From Eledone cirrhosa (Eukaryota), in the NCBI GenBank assembly GCA_964016885.1, contig OZ024755.1:22568001-22632000 (forward strand): a DNA stretch of 64,000 nucleotides, in the 5' to 3' direction. Below, in pieces: positions 27,849-40,861 of this stretch. Under the pieces are notes generated by a model, which saw nothing but the letters and a program-made list of their open reading frames with translations, had not been told where the DNA came from and did no database searches. Made by a program: the position numbers and the translations under genes. The stretch's first letter is position 1; every line of letters begins with the position of its first letter.

Positions 27849-28463
27849 GTGTGTGTGTGTTAATAAATCATATATATATATATATATATATATGATTTAT
27901 TAACACACACCAACATAATTTCATACAATTGTCTCCCCAGCTCTGCTTTCTCTCCCTCTCTCTCTCACTCTCTACTAATTTAAACTCCACAAATGATTAT
28001 CTTTCGCAAATTATTGCTACTATCTCAATATTTATTTACCACCACCACCACTACTACTACTTCTATTACCACTACTACTGCTACAACTACTACTACTTAC
28101 AAAGGGTGAAATGACTGAGGAATTTATCAGTTCTCTATCACATTTAGCAACATGACATTTTAAATATATAAGTCAGAGAATATCGCTGCATTTGTTTCCT
28201 TAGCTGTCTCCTTTCCTGGGTCCTGCAATCGTTATATATATATATATATATATATATATCGTGGAAGATGAACATTAAACAATGATGATGATGATAATAT
28301 AAACAATATGTATATATATATTTAAACAATATACCCCCAATTTTTTTTTCTTTTTCATATATGAAGGTGAGAAATAACAAAAATTATGCTCTGAATTCAT
28401 TAGGCTTTCTTTGTTGAGTAACATAATCAATATATATTTATGTATAGATTAAACCTAATTATA

Positions 28464-28517
<54 letters not shown>

Positions 28518-28704
28518 TATGTCCCTATGTCTTCTTTGTTTATAGATTCCTCAATCATGTAGAGGGATAAGCCCTACCATACACATTCACAATTGCACAC
28601 AAACACATACATGTGCATGCACAAACACTCATACAAACACAGTATATTTAAAATGTTGCAAATACCTTAAGATATATTGAGTTCATCAGAATTGAGTCTT
28701 TTAA

Positions 28705-28905
28705 CCCTTTAGCATTTACATTATTCTATATTTACTATTATATTTTCATGGTAAAGGCTTTATCTCATAATATCAAATCTATGAGATTTTGATATTTATT
28801 TTGAGAACAATACCTTAATCAGTATGAGCAACTGGTTACAGCCAGTTTGAACAGTAAGAGGTGAGAGAATTCTGGCCGGATATGGTTGGTTTAAATGCTA
28901 AAGGG
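28705..28905. mobile_element. TTAA-flanked MITE, second copy
   Basis: Same TIRs, TTAA flanks and body as 10073-10292. Confidence 0.85.
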
Positions 28906-29140
28906 TTAAAGAGATTCATTCTTTGGTTTAAACTTTACAAACTTTGTACTAACATTTGTTAGTACAAAGTCTGTACAGGGAGTCAACTGTACAATATAAA
29001 GTAGTGTTTATAATCAAGTACTTCTGGCAAGATGCCTGAAATTGAGACAGAGATTGATTGAAGATCCTTATTCCAAATTGTAATGTTAGAAAATTTATCC
29101 ACTTCTTAGAATATATTTCACAGGTATTTGCAAGTATATA

Positions 29141-32050
29141 TCATCATCATCATCATCATCATTTTACGTCCGCTTTTCCCTGCTTGCAAGAGTGGGATGG
29201 GTCTTATTCAGCACAGCATCTCTCCACTCGTCACGGTCCTTCGTCATCTCCACCGTGAGCTTCAATGATCTGAGGTCTGTTCTCACCACCTCCGCCCATG
29301 TTTTTCGTGGTCTACCTCTACCATGTCTTCCTTCAACTGGCATTTCCTGGCACTTTTTCACCCATCGGTCATCCTCCATGCACATCACATGTCCATACCA
29401 CCTCAGTCTCCTTTCCCGTACACTACATTCTATCCCTCTCAGAGACAGTTTCTCTCTCAACACATTTATGCTGGGTCGTTCACACACATTTACACTACAC
29501 ATCCAATGGAGCATGCTTGCCTCATTTCTCTCCAGCCATCGCATATCCTCTGCAGTTGCTGCCCATGTCTCACTACCATGCAACATCTCACACAGGCATC
29601 ATATAACCGTCCTTTCGTGCGCAGGGAGAAACCCTTCTTTGTCAGCAGAGGAAGCAGCTCCCTAAGCTTCTTCCAACCCGTCCTTATTCTAGATACTATG
29701 GCCTCAGAACACCATCCTCCCATGCTAATCTGATCTCCTAGGTACCGGAAGCTATCCACCACTTCTATAGCGCCCTCCTGCATTTGAAAAATGTGTCTAT
29801 CAATGCGACTTCTACTGTTTAATTTCCCTGTACATCTACTGCATACAAATTTCTCCCTACCTGTTAGTTTGCCTGCTATCCCGCTACATCTCTTGTGTAC
29901 CCAGGATCTGCATTGTGTGCATTTTATAGAATTTATGCCAGTTCCTTTTCTGCATATCGAACATGGCCATTTCCCTGATGGAATCAGAGTTTTGTCCTCT
30001 TTTCTACTCATCAACACTTTTGTCTTAGCTAGGTTCACTCTCAGTCCTCTTGCTTCCAACTGCTGTTTCCATAGCCAGAATTTATTCTCTAGCTCCTCTA
30101 CTGATTCTGCTATAAGAACCAGATCATCAGCATAGAGAGGTTCCCATGGACAGCCAGTCTTAAACTCCTCTGTTATGGCTTGGAGGACTATAATGAACAA
30201 GAGCGGGCTGAGGACCGAACCTTGATGTACTCCTACTTGTATCTGGAATTCCTCACTAAACTCCATTCCTACCCTTACTTTACTGAGAGTACCTCTGTAC
30301 AAAGTTTGCACTGTCCTCACAAGCCATTCCTCAACACCTAGCTTCCTTAGGGACCACCAGATGACAGATCGGGGTACCCTATCAAAGGCCTTCTCTAGGT
30401 CAACAAAGGCTAAGTATAGTGCCTTCAGCATCTCAGCAACTATTCCCGATGGTCCAGCAGCCTTACCATTTTTCATTTCCTTAATCGCCTCTTGGACCCT
30501 ATATTCGTCAATCTCAATAGCTGGTCCCTCTGTCGGATCTACTAAGGGTAGTTTCTCTCTCTCCCATTCGTTCTCCACATTCATCAGTCTCTCATAATGA
30601 CATTTCCAGGCCTCCTTTTTCTGATCATTCGTGACACTAAGTACACCGGCATCATCCCAGATACATTTATCTCCAACAACATCCTGATTTGCATTGACAC
30701 ACTGCCTTGCAATGTGGAACACCGCACGCCTCTGATCTTTCCGTCGCAGAACATTGGCAAACCTCCTACTCTCCGCCTCCCTGCGTGCTAAGTACACCTG
30801 ACGTCTAGCTTCTCTCTTAGTGGCTGTATATTCTTCCCTACTCCCACCCTTTTTCCAAGCCTTCCATGCTAGTCTTTTGTCTCTAATGGCCTTATCTACT
30901 GTGTTGTTCCACCACCAGGTCACTCTCTGTCTGGTTGGAGCTCTGCTCCAGCCACAAGTTTCATCAGTAGCCTGCAGCAAGTTGTCACGTAAGAAATTCC
31001 AGTTATTATCTATGTCATACATCTCTAAATCTTCTTCTTTTTCATCATATACATCTTGAAGGGCTTTCCTAAATTTGTATTTTAGTGAAAGGTCTTTTAG
31101 CTTCCAGACCTTTCTTCTCCACACCTTCCTGTATGTCTCATTCCATCTCTTGTTTACTGAGATATCACTAACAACTAACCTATGCTGTGGAGTACATTCT
31201 TCCCCAGGGTATGCCTTGGTATTAGACACTATCTGCCTGTCCCGCTGCCTAACTAGTAAGAAGTCAATCTGGCTTATGTGCTCACCAGATTTGTAGGTTA
31301 TTAGATTTGTAGATTGGCAGGTTTCTGGAAGTCTGCGTTGCAAATAGTCAATGTACCTGCATCACAAAATTCAAGAAGTCTCACTCCTTCTGCATTTCTT
31401 GAACCGTAACCGTGCCCACCATGTACCCCAGTGTAATCATCCTGAAGCTGTCCAACATGACCATTGAAGTCTCCTGCTAGCATAACGATGTCTCCGTCCT
31501 CTGTCATTGTGGTTGTTTGTAAAAGTTGCTCGTAAAAGCAGTCTTTCTCATCTTTGCCTAGGCCTGCTTGGGGAGCATAGACCGAGATGATTGTCAGTAG
31601 TCTCCTGCCTACAACTAATCTAAGCGTAATTATTCGATTACTAACTCAAACTACCTCTATTGTCTTATTGATCCATTTCTCAGCCAGGAAAATGCCTACT
31701 CCCCCTAACCCATCATCCTTACCTACCCAGAATAGCTTATAGCTAAGACGCTTGCCTATGACTAGTCTCGCAGAGGCACCTCTCCATCTCACCTCTTGCA
31801 CGCAGCACACATCCACATGCCTTCTCTCCAGCATCTCCGCTATTTCAGCAGATCTACCTCTGAGAGTGCCAACGTTAAGTGTTGCAACTCTGAGATGCGA
31901 CGTCTTCATATTTTGTTGTTGTTCCTATTTGTTGCTGTGCTGATAAGCGTTTTGGCATTGATACACTGGTTGGATGCCCTTCCTAACACCAGCGCCACTT
32001 TACAGCATGGACTGGGTGCTTTTATTTGTGCCACCAGCACTAGAGAGGAT
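29141..32050 (-). mobile_element. Near full-length RTE-clade LINE (APE endonuclease + RT), disrupted
   Basis: ATG at 31909; APE motifs LNVGTL, CVQEVRW, GDFNGHVG and QIDF; RT motifs FVDLEKAFD, QGSVLSPLLF, YADDL and YLG; C-terminal RLRWYGHV...GRGRPRKTW; (ATG)n tail. One stop, frameshifts and an internal deletion. Confidence 0.95.
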
Positions 32051-32228
32051 GTCTTACTAGACTCAAGGGCCCTCTCTACCCCTCCATTTTACAGCATAGT
32101 CATTAAAAAAAAAAAAAAACTTATTGACAAGACACGACACACACACACACACTCACACACCAACACTCATGCATACAAACCACAAACACACACGCCACTC
32201 ACATACCAACACTCATTCATGCATACAA

Positions 32229-32260
<32 letters not shown>

Positions 32261-33028
32261 TACCGGCAGTAGTGATACAAAATCAAAATCATGTCAACTG
32301 TTGACTTTTCCCAGTCCAGTTCAGTTTATATATAATAATAATAATTGTTTCCACCCTAGGCACAAGGCCAGCAACTACCCAGTGCACCACTGGTACTTTA
32401 TTCCATTGACCCCGTAAGGATGAAAGGCAAAGTCAAATAATAATTGTTTGCTTTACGCTGGTAATGGTGGTGGTGGTGGTGGTGAATGGTGGTGGATAGT
32501 GTCAGTATGGTGATGGTGGTGGTGGTGGTGGTGGTGGTGGATGGTCAGTGATGGTGGTGGCAGTTGTTGCTGTAGTTGCTGTTGCTGTTGTTGTTGTTGC
32601 TGCTGTTGCTGTTGTTGTTGTTGCTGCTGCTGCTGCCGTTGTTGTTCTTCTTCATTTCACTGATGCTGCAGACAATGGTGTTGATGCTGTTATTGTAGTC
32701 GCATATATATAAATACATACATACACACACATTCAACACAGACAATGGTGTTGTTGCTGTTGTTGTTGTTGTGTATATATAATGAAGGACTACTGTCCAA
32801 AACATAAAGACTCTTTTTCCTACTATTTCAAGTGTTAAACTAATATATTTCTTCATTGTCTTATTTTGTTTGCTTTGTTGTTTCTGTTTACTTTTTGCTT
32901 ACATACATATATATGTGTGTGTGTGATTGTTCTTTAGGGATATAAGCAAGGTGTTTCTCTAATTTGTAATGTTTTTCAGCCAATTCGAAAGCCTTTCAGT
33001 CTCCTATTTATGTTCTCCTTTTCTACAG

Positions 33029-34614
33029 ATGATTACAACTTAGTTGTATGACATACAGCTAAAGTTATACAGGTGATTACAACTTAGTTGTATGACATAC
33101 AGCTAAAGTTATACAGATGATTACAACTTGGTTGTATGACATACAGCTAAAGGTGTACAGATGATTACAACTTAGTTGTATGACATACAGCTGAAGTTAT
33201 ACAGATGATTACAACTTAGTTGTATGACATACGGCTAAAGTTATACAGATGATTACAACTTAGTTGTATGACATACAGCTAAAGTTATACAGATGATTAC
33301 AACTTGGTTGTATGACATACGGCTAAAGTTATACAGATGATTACAACTTAGTTGTATGACATACAGCTAAAGTTATACAGATGATTACAACTTGGTTGTA
33401 TGACATACAGCTAAAGTTATACAGATGATTACAACTTGGTTGTATGACATACAGCTAAAGTTATACAGATGATTACAACTTAGTTGTATGACATACAGCT
33501 AAAGTTATACAGATGATTACAACTTGGTTGTATGACATACAGCTAAAGTTATACAGATGATTACAACTTAGTTGTATGACATACAGCTAAAGTTATACAG
33601 GTGATTACAACTTAGTTGTATGACATACAGCTAAAGTTATACAGATGATTACAACTTGGTTGTATGACATACAGCTAAAGTTATACAGATGATTACAACT
33701 TGGTTGTATGACATACAGCTAAAGTTATACAGATGATTACAACTTGGTTGTATGACATACAGCTAAAGTTATACAGATGATTACAACTTGGTTGTATGAC
33801 ATACAGCTAAAGTTATACAGATGATTACAACTTGGTTGTATGACATACAGCTAAAGTTATACAGATGATTACAACTTGGTTGTATGACATACAGCTAAAG
33901 TTATACAGGTGATTACAACTTGGTTGTATGACATACAGCTAAAGTTATACAGATGATTACAACTTGGTTGTATGACATACAGCTAAAGTTATACAGATGA
34001 TTACAACTTGGTTGTATGACATACAGCTAAAGTTATACAGATGATTACAACTTGGTTGTATGACATACAGCTAAAGTTATACAGATGATTACAACTTGGT
34101 TGTATGACATACAGCTAAAGTTATACAGATGATTACAACTTAGTTGTATGACATACAGCTAAAGGTGTACAGATGATTACAACTTGGTTGTATGACATAC
34201 AGCTAAAGTTATACAGATGATTACAACTTAGTTGTATGACATACAGCTAAAGTTATACAGATGATTACAACTTGGTTGTATGACATACAGCTAAAGTTAT
34301 ACAGATGATTACAACTTAGTTGTATGACATACAGCTAAAGTTATACAGATGATTACAACTTGGTTGTATGACATACAGCTAAAGTTATACAGGTGATTAC
34401 AACTTAGTTGTATGACATACAGCTAAAGTTATACAGATGATTACAACTTGGTTGTATGACATACAGCTAAAGTTATACAGGTGATTACAACTTAGTTGTA
34501 TGACATACAGCTAAAGTTATACAGATGATTACAACTTGGTTGTATGACATACAGCTAAAGTTATACAGGTGATTACAACTTAGTTGTACGAGATATACTG
34601 CTGAAGGTGTACAG
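33029..34614. repeat. 44-bp minisatellite, about 36 highly homogeneous copies
   Basis: Unit RTGATTACAACTTRGTTGTATGACATACAGCTAAAGTTATACAG. Confidence 0.98.
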
Positions 34615-35199
34615 GTTATCATGGATTATTGTTCTGAATGTTCTAAGACATTTAGACTCAGTATTAGCCATTGTCGCTGTTTTTATGTCACACTTACCAT
34701 GTTAGCATGGGTTAAATGAGACTTTGTGAGGTAGTTTTTCTATGGCCAGATAACCTTCCTGTGCTAACCTTTACTTTATAAGTATGGCATATGCTATTTA
34801 TCTTCATCAGAGGACTATGCTGTGGGACATATTGTTTACGCATGGCATAGACAAACAACACTGCTGCTTTAAACATTGTAAATACGAAGACGAATACTGT
34901 AAACTGACATGCATACACATGCACACATATACATATGTACACATACACATATACACACACACATATATTATCATCTTCATCATCATCATACGTCCACTTT
35001 TCCCTGCTTGCAAGGGTTTATATGCACATAATTCTACGTCTACTTTTCCATGCTGGCATAGGTTGGATGGGATTTTTTGAGGCAATACTTTATAGCTGGA
35101 TGCCCTTCCTGACAGCAAACTTAGCTACTTCTTTCAACAAACAGGGATACGGTGGAGCCATTCTAAACCAGATAGATATACATCAGTAGATATTTTCTC

Positions 35200-35865
35200 A
35201 TTCTCTGTCCTCTTTCTTAACATCATTCTTATTTGTCTCTATACCAGATGACCAGAAGTTCTCTCTGTCCTCTGTCCTATCATTGCTGCTATTTGTTTCA
35301 ATTCCAGATGACCAATAGGTCTCTGTCTTCTGTCCTATCATTGCTGTTATTTGTCTCAATTTCAAATGATCAATAGTTTTCTGTCCTATCATTGCTGTTA
35401 TCTGTCTCTATACCAGATGACCAGAAGTTCTCTCTGTCCTCTGTCCTATCATTGCTGCTATTTGCTTCAATTCCAGATGACCAATAGGTCTCTGTCTTCT
35501 GTCCTATCATTGCTGTTATTTGTCTCAATTTCAAATGACCAATAGTTTTCTGTCCTATCATTGCTGTTATCTGTCTCTATACCAGATGACCAGAAGTTCT
35601 CTCTGTCCTCTGTCCTATCATTGCTGCTATTTGTTTCAATTTCAGATGACCAATAGTTCTCTTTGTCCTCTGTCTTATCATTGCTGTTATTTGTCTCAAT
35701 TCCAGATGACCAATAGTTCTCTGTCCTATCATTGCTGTTATCTGTCTCAATTCCAGATGACCAATAGTTCTCTGTCCTATCATTGCTGTTATCTGTCTCA
35801 ATTTCAGATGACCAATAGTTCTCTGTCCTATCATTGCTGTTATTTGTCTCAATTCCAGATGACCA
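35200..35865. repeat. 51-60 bp minisatellite, 12 units, spanning an intron-exon junction
   Basis: Unit CTGTCCTATCATTGCTGTTATYTGTCTCAATTYCAGATGACCAATAGTT; spacings 60,58,51,60,58,51,60,60,51,51,51. Confidence 0.95.
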
Positions 35866-36100
35866 GTATGATGCGTAACCAGTCACCGACAACCAATGAA
35901 AACGATGTCCGCATGAGGAGCAATCGACCCAGCAAAGAGAACAATGAAACAAAAGAGCAGGCAGTCCAACAACAGACACCTCAGAACCAACCAGCAGAAG
36001 ATGTTGTTAGTCCACCAGGTTCCCCAACCCATTCACGAGAAAGACGATTCTCCACCACGTGTTGCTTCTGCTGGTGCTGCACTCCTCCTTGTTTCTCCAA
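35859..36100 (+). CDS. RGS17/19/20: Coding exon of a probable RZ-family regulator of G-protein signalling (cysteine-string exon)
   Basis: Acceptor tttgtctcaattccAG and donor AA|GTAAGC. Reads MTSMMRNQSP...RERRFSTTCCFCWCCTPPCFS; TCCFCWCC matches the RGS17/20 cysteine string. No RGS domain exon was found in the window. Confidence 0.68.
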
Positions 36101-36265
36101 GTAAGCAGCTTTTCCTCTGCCAACATTGTTGTTGTTGTTTTGGTTTTTACTGAGGGTTGTTGTTGTTGTTGTTGTTTCAGAAAGAGGTAGATTGGCTGAT
36201 GTAGGGAGGGGGAGGGGGGGGGGGGGGTAAGTGAGAGAGGCAGTTCTTTCTTAGCTCCACCTGTG

Positions 36266-36745
36266 CCACTACCACCACCACCAACAACACCAACACCAGT
36301 AACAATACCACTATCACTACCAGTAACATTACGACCAGTAATAAGGCCACCATCTCCACCACCACCACCACCAACAACAACACCATCACCACCAGTAACA
36401 CCAACACCACGTCAACCACCAATAACACCTCCACCACTACCAGTAAAACCAACACCACCACTACCAGTAATACCAACACCGCCACCAGTAACACCAGCAC
36501 CACCAACACCACCACTACCAGTAACACCAGCACCACCAACACCACCACTACCAGTAACACCAACACCGCCAATAACACCACTACCAGTAACACCGTCACC
36601 ACTACCACTGCCAGTAACATCACCAACACCATCACCACCAGTAACACCAACACGACCACCACTACCAGTAATACCAACACCAATACCACCACAACCACCA
36701 CTAGTAACACCAACATCATAATAACCATCACTACCAACATAAACA
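36266..36745. repeat. (ACC/ACA/AGT)n degenerate trinucleotide array in the intron
   Basis: Direct inspection. Confidence 0.93.
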
Positions 36746-36984
36746 ATCACAGTTATTTTCTCTTTACTTATGTTAGTCCAATCTTTACTGATCTTTTTCT
36801 TTTTAATATTGACTTGTTTGGTAACACAAAAAAAAACTTTTAGAAAGAGAAAAAAAAAAGAATAAGTCCAAAGAAAGAAAAAAAAGGTAAAGAGGCAAAA
36901 AGGACAAAAAGGGCAAAACAGACAGAAAAGTATAAGAAGTCAAAAAGTTAAGCCAGAAAAAAAAAAAACGGTAATGAAAGCTAT

Positions 36985-37160
36985 AATTGTTTCTACTTTT
37001 GGCACAAGGCCAGAAATTACCCAGTTCATTACTGGTACTTTATTTTATCGACCCCCGTAAGGATGAAAGGCAAAGTTAACCTCGGCGGGATTTGAACTCA
37101 GAATGACAAGGGCCGTAACTCTATGCGTCAGAGCATGGCGTCCGACCCTCTACCGATACT
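36985..37160 (-). mobile_element. Meta-like SINE
   Basis: Same family. Further fragments lie near 23575, 32342, 44230, 56789, 58470, 60310 and 60570. Confidence 0.8.
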
Positions 37161-37504
37161 ACCATAGTACTAGCAGTATTGGTTAGTTGTTTTCTAACAC
37201 ACCATGTTCCTGATTCTAACACTCATAATGAAGATTGTTAGACTTTGGTCTGGACATCTCAAACATCTCTGCCTAGTTCTAAAATTTAAAACACACACAC
37301 ATTCACACATGCTCACACAATACACATATTTGTTAAAAGCTGATAATTCAAAATTATCTTTTTGTTACCTGAAGGATCACACACATACAGTAAGAACACC
37401 TAGTAGTACCAGAGTGAACCATTAGCTTCAAATACTTAAATAAGCTGTACTACTTATATTGAGTACTCTTACACCAAATTCTCTCATTTGTCTATCTAAA
37501 TCTG

Positions 37505-37622
<118 letters not shown>

Positions 37623-37698
37623 CACACGCACATAGGGAAAGAGTCAGGACTCCGATTGAGTACTATGGTCCACCTGATATCTTACTACACTCTCTTTG

Positions 37699-37773
<75 letters not shown>

Positions 37774-38377
37774 TATAAGAATAAGATAATTAAATTACAT
37801 TAGATTATTTAATTGATTTACAAATGTTTCTATCAATACAGTAAGAATTGCATGTCCAAACATCTCCATTCCGGTTTGAAATGTATTTTATTACTGTATT
37901 GATAGAAACGTTTGTAAATCAATTTGATAATTCAATGTAATTTATTCCTGATTATTTTATTATTTTATATATGCTCTGTGATATTGTAAAACTATTGTAA
38001 TTGGAAATTTACCAATTGGATTAAACTCTGAACTGACTTTTACCTGTCTTGCTGTCGACTATAAAATCACTTTTGAGATTTGAATTATTCTTTGCCTTTA
38101 TATGGTTGTCTTATCAACTCATGTACACTAATATATATATATATAAATATATATATATATAGTAATAATAATAAATTTGAAGACTAAAATCCAAAGAGGG
38201 CTCGATAAGGATAAATATATATCAAATATATAAGAACCGTAGAGCAAATATTTATTAAAATAACAGATTAAAGTTTAAGCAAAGAATCGCTGCTTTCACC
38301 CTTAACGGGATCTTTCAGAAGATCCCGTTAAGGGTGGAAGCAGCGATTCTTTGCTTAAACTTTAATCTGTTATTTTA

Positions 38378-38422
<45 letters not shown>

Positions 38423-38899
38423 GATAATTACGAAGGCCAGATATAGAAATTCATAATTGCTTTATTCATTATCATACAGCTGGTTATAAATAAAGGAATT
38501 ATGAATATCTACATCTGGCCTTCACAATCATCATTATTGTACATATACCCCGTCATTGACTAACAAATTGCATTTGTAAGGATATACATGATGTTGGGTG
38601 TTTGAACTTAATAGCATCATCGTTCAATAATTGTTGAGTTGCATACACAACCCTGATTAGTAAACATCTTATAATATAAGTATATATCATCATTTCATTT
38701 TGATGATATATACTTATATTATAAGTATATATATATATATGTTTACAAACAAAAGTAAGAAGTCCTCAATATATGGTGTAGAGTTTATATGACTAGTGCA
38801 TTAAAGGGCAATAACTCCGCAGTGCTTGTTAGATCTGATGGTTGTACATTGGTATCGATAAACTTTGACCTTTCAGGCATTTGAAAACTGTCCATCGGC

Positions 38900-39965
38900 C
38901 ACTTCCTTTGTTGATAGTAATTAGATATTACTTCTGGTCTCCAGTGAAATCATATCACTAGCTGTTTTAAAATCTGAAACTTTTCAGTTAGACAAAGTTT
39001 ACAGTTTTGTGATCCCTCGAAGCATGGACTGGCTTTATTGACAATGCATCATTTTGTTAAAGAGAATTCAGATCCTTCATCTCTGAGTTTCCAGGTAAAT
39101 TTTAACATGAATGTAGAGTTTTACCTGTCTCTTGGCCTAGATATGTGGAGTTGGTGGTAGTAGATTTTGTAAATGATTACAGTGAATCACATGTAATTCC
39201 TTTTGTGTTATAGAATACTTCTCAATACATTACTGTTTTGGAAAGACAGGATCCCTTGTGTGGGAAGATAGAAGGTGTTCAACAGTTATAAGTTAGCTAT
39301 TTGGAGTGTAGCTGTGTGGGTGTACATTTTCAGCTGTAGTGTGGGGTTTGGGAAGCAATATTGTCCAGGCTGGAACAGCTGATCTTAATGTTATGACTGC
39401 TAAAATGTTTGTTGTTTGTGTCTGAGAAGTGTTGTCTTATTTCACTTAGAAAGTTCTTTCCTAATCTATGGTAAATCTTCTGTGGTGTGAGATACTGGCT
39501 TCTCAGTTAGACCTCTTCTAGCTAGTGTATGGTTATAGTAAAGACGTCATTGTCCAAGAACAGATTAGAGACTCTCCTAAGATTCCTAATTATGGTGGAA
39601 GGGGGTTGGAATTTTTATTGATATATATGGTGTTTGCATTTGGCTTTCTGTTGGGGTGGTGTTTCCACATGTTTAAATCTAGTGTTATGTTTAGTTGGTT
39701 ATTGTTAAGTGGATATGTCTAAGTCCTTAAATATTCCTAGTGGTTTTGATCATGTCTTTATGAATGCAAACTCTTTATTCAACATCTCCATAAAGAGCCA
39801 TGGTGGAGCAGAAAGTGCATTACACAGAGATGATGGTTTGGCAATCTCATACAATGTGAATGGCTCCACTAAGGGCATATTTAGAAAGGATTTAGTGGAA
39901 ATATTCAAAGAATTTGGCTTAAACACGACTATTAATACCAATTTAACAAGAGTCAACTTCTCTTG
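38900..39965 (-). mobile_element. Degenerate Penelope-like element (Neptune type), with an inverted RT segment
   Basis: Minus strand: STFMLKFTWKLRD...KASPCFEGSQNCKLCLTEKFQIL (GIY-YIG C-terminus) and KPNANTIYINKNSN. Plus strand 39800-39960: HRDDGLAI...KDLVEIFKEFGLNTTINTNLTRVNF. Confidence 0.75.
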
Positions 39966-40093
39966 TTTATTTCCTGCTGAAAGGGGTTCTATTTGTGTCC
40001 CTATAAAGGCAATCTCTTTCCAGAAACACAACTGTGTCCTCCTAATATATGTTTTAAATTAAATTTTAATCTAGTTTACATATTATATTAATA

Positions 40094-40139
<46 letters not shown>

Positions 40140-40170
<31 letters not shown>

Positions 40171-40488
40171 TTCATTTTATGTCCACTTTTTCCCTGCTTG
40201 CAAGGGTGGGACGGGAACTGATTCTGGCTTGATTTCTACAGCTGGATGCCCTTCCTAACACCAACCTCATTAACAGTGAGTGCTGGGTGCTTTTTTTTTT
40301 TTCTCCACAACCACTTTGCAGTGGAATAATAGGGACCCCAGTCCCTATCATCTCATTTCTACAGCTGAGTAAACTGGAGCAATGTGAAATAAAGTGTCTT
40401 GCTCAAGGAAACAACACATCACCCGGTCTGAGAATTGAACTCACAACCTTTCGATTGCAATGCTCTAATCACTAAGCCATGTGCCTCC
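40140..40488 (-). mobile_element. CORE-type SINE
   Basis: Same family, inserted in (TA)n. Confidence 0.9.
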
Positions 40489-40522
<34 letters not shown>

Positions 40523-40861
40523 CAGATTAAAATTTAAGAAAAAAAACCCTGCTTTCACCCTTCGAATGAATCAGTTCTAGTCGTGTAGAAGCCATTTCTA
40601 TATAAAATTTGTATATATATACACACACACACACACACACATACACACCACACAATATAGAGGGAACATACAGGCATTGCAGTAAAATTTGGTTTATGAC
40701 AAACTCTTGTCTATTATTCACCTTAATTATTGTCTTTGATTTCCAGTTCAGAAATTACCTGAGCTGTACTAACATTGAATTAACATTTTGTAATCGAATC
40801 CAGGTTTGTTTGAAAGGAGGCAAATTATCTTAAATTTGTTAACCTATAATAATAATTTGTT

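Noticed and set aside
31960-32070. HDV-like ribozyme in the RTE 5' UTR
   Set aside because: Plausible for RTE elements, but I could not assign the nested pseudoknot by eye.
33029-34614. CRISPR-like array with palindromic repeat
   Set aside because: Contiguous tandem units with no unique spacers, no cas genes, and a eukaryotic context. The same applies to 2791-3274 and 62569-63036.
35467-35979. 170-aa minus-strand repeat ORF
   Set aside because: Antisense shadow of the acceptor minisatellite; the splice signals and conserved motif are on the plus strand.
36177-36750. Extensin- or mucin-like ORFs
   Set aside because: Degenerate (ACC)n array just inside the intron, downstream of the 36101 donor.
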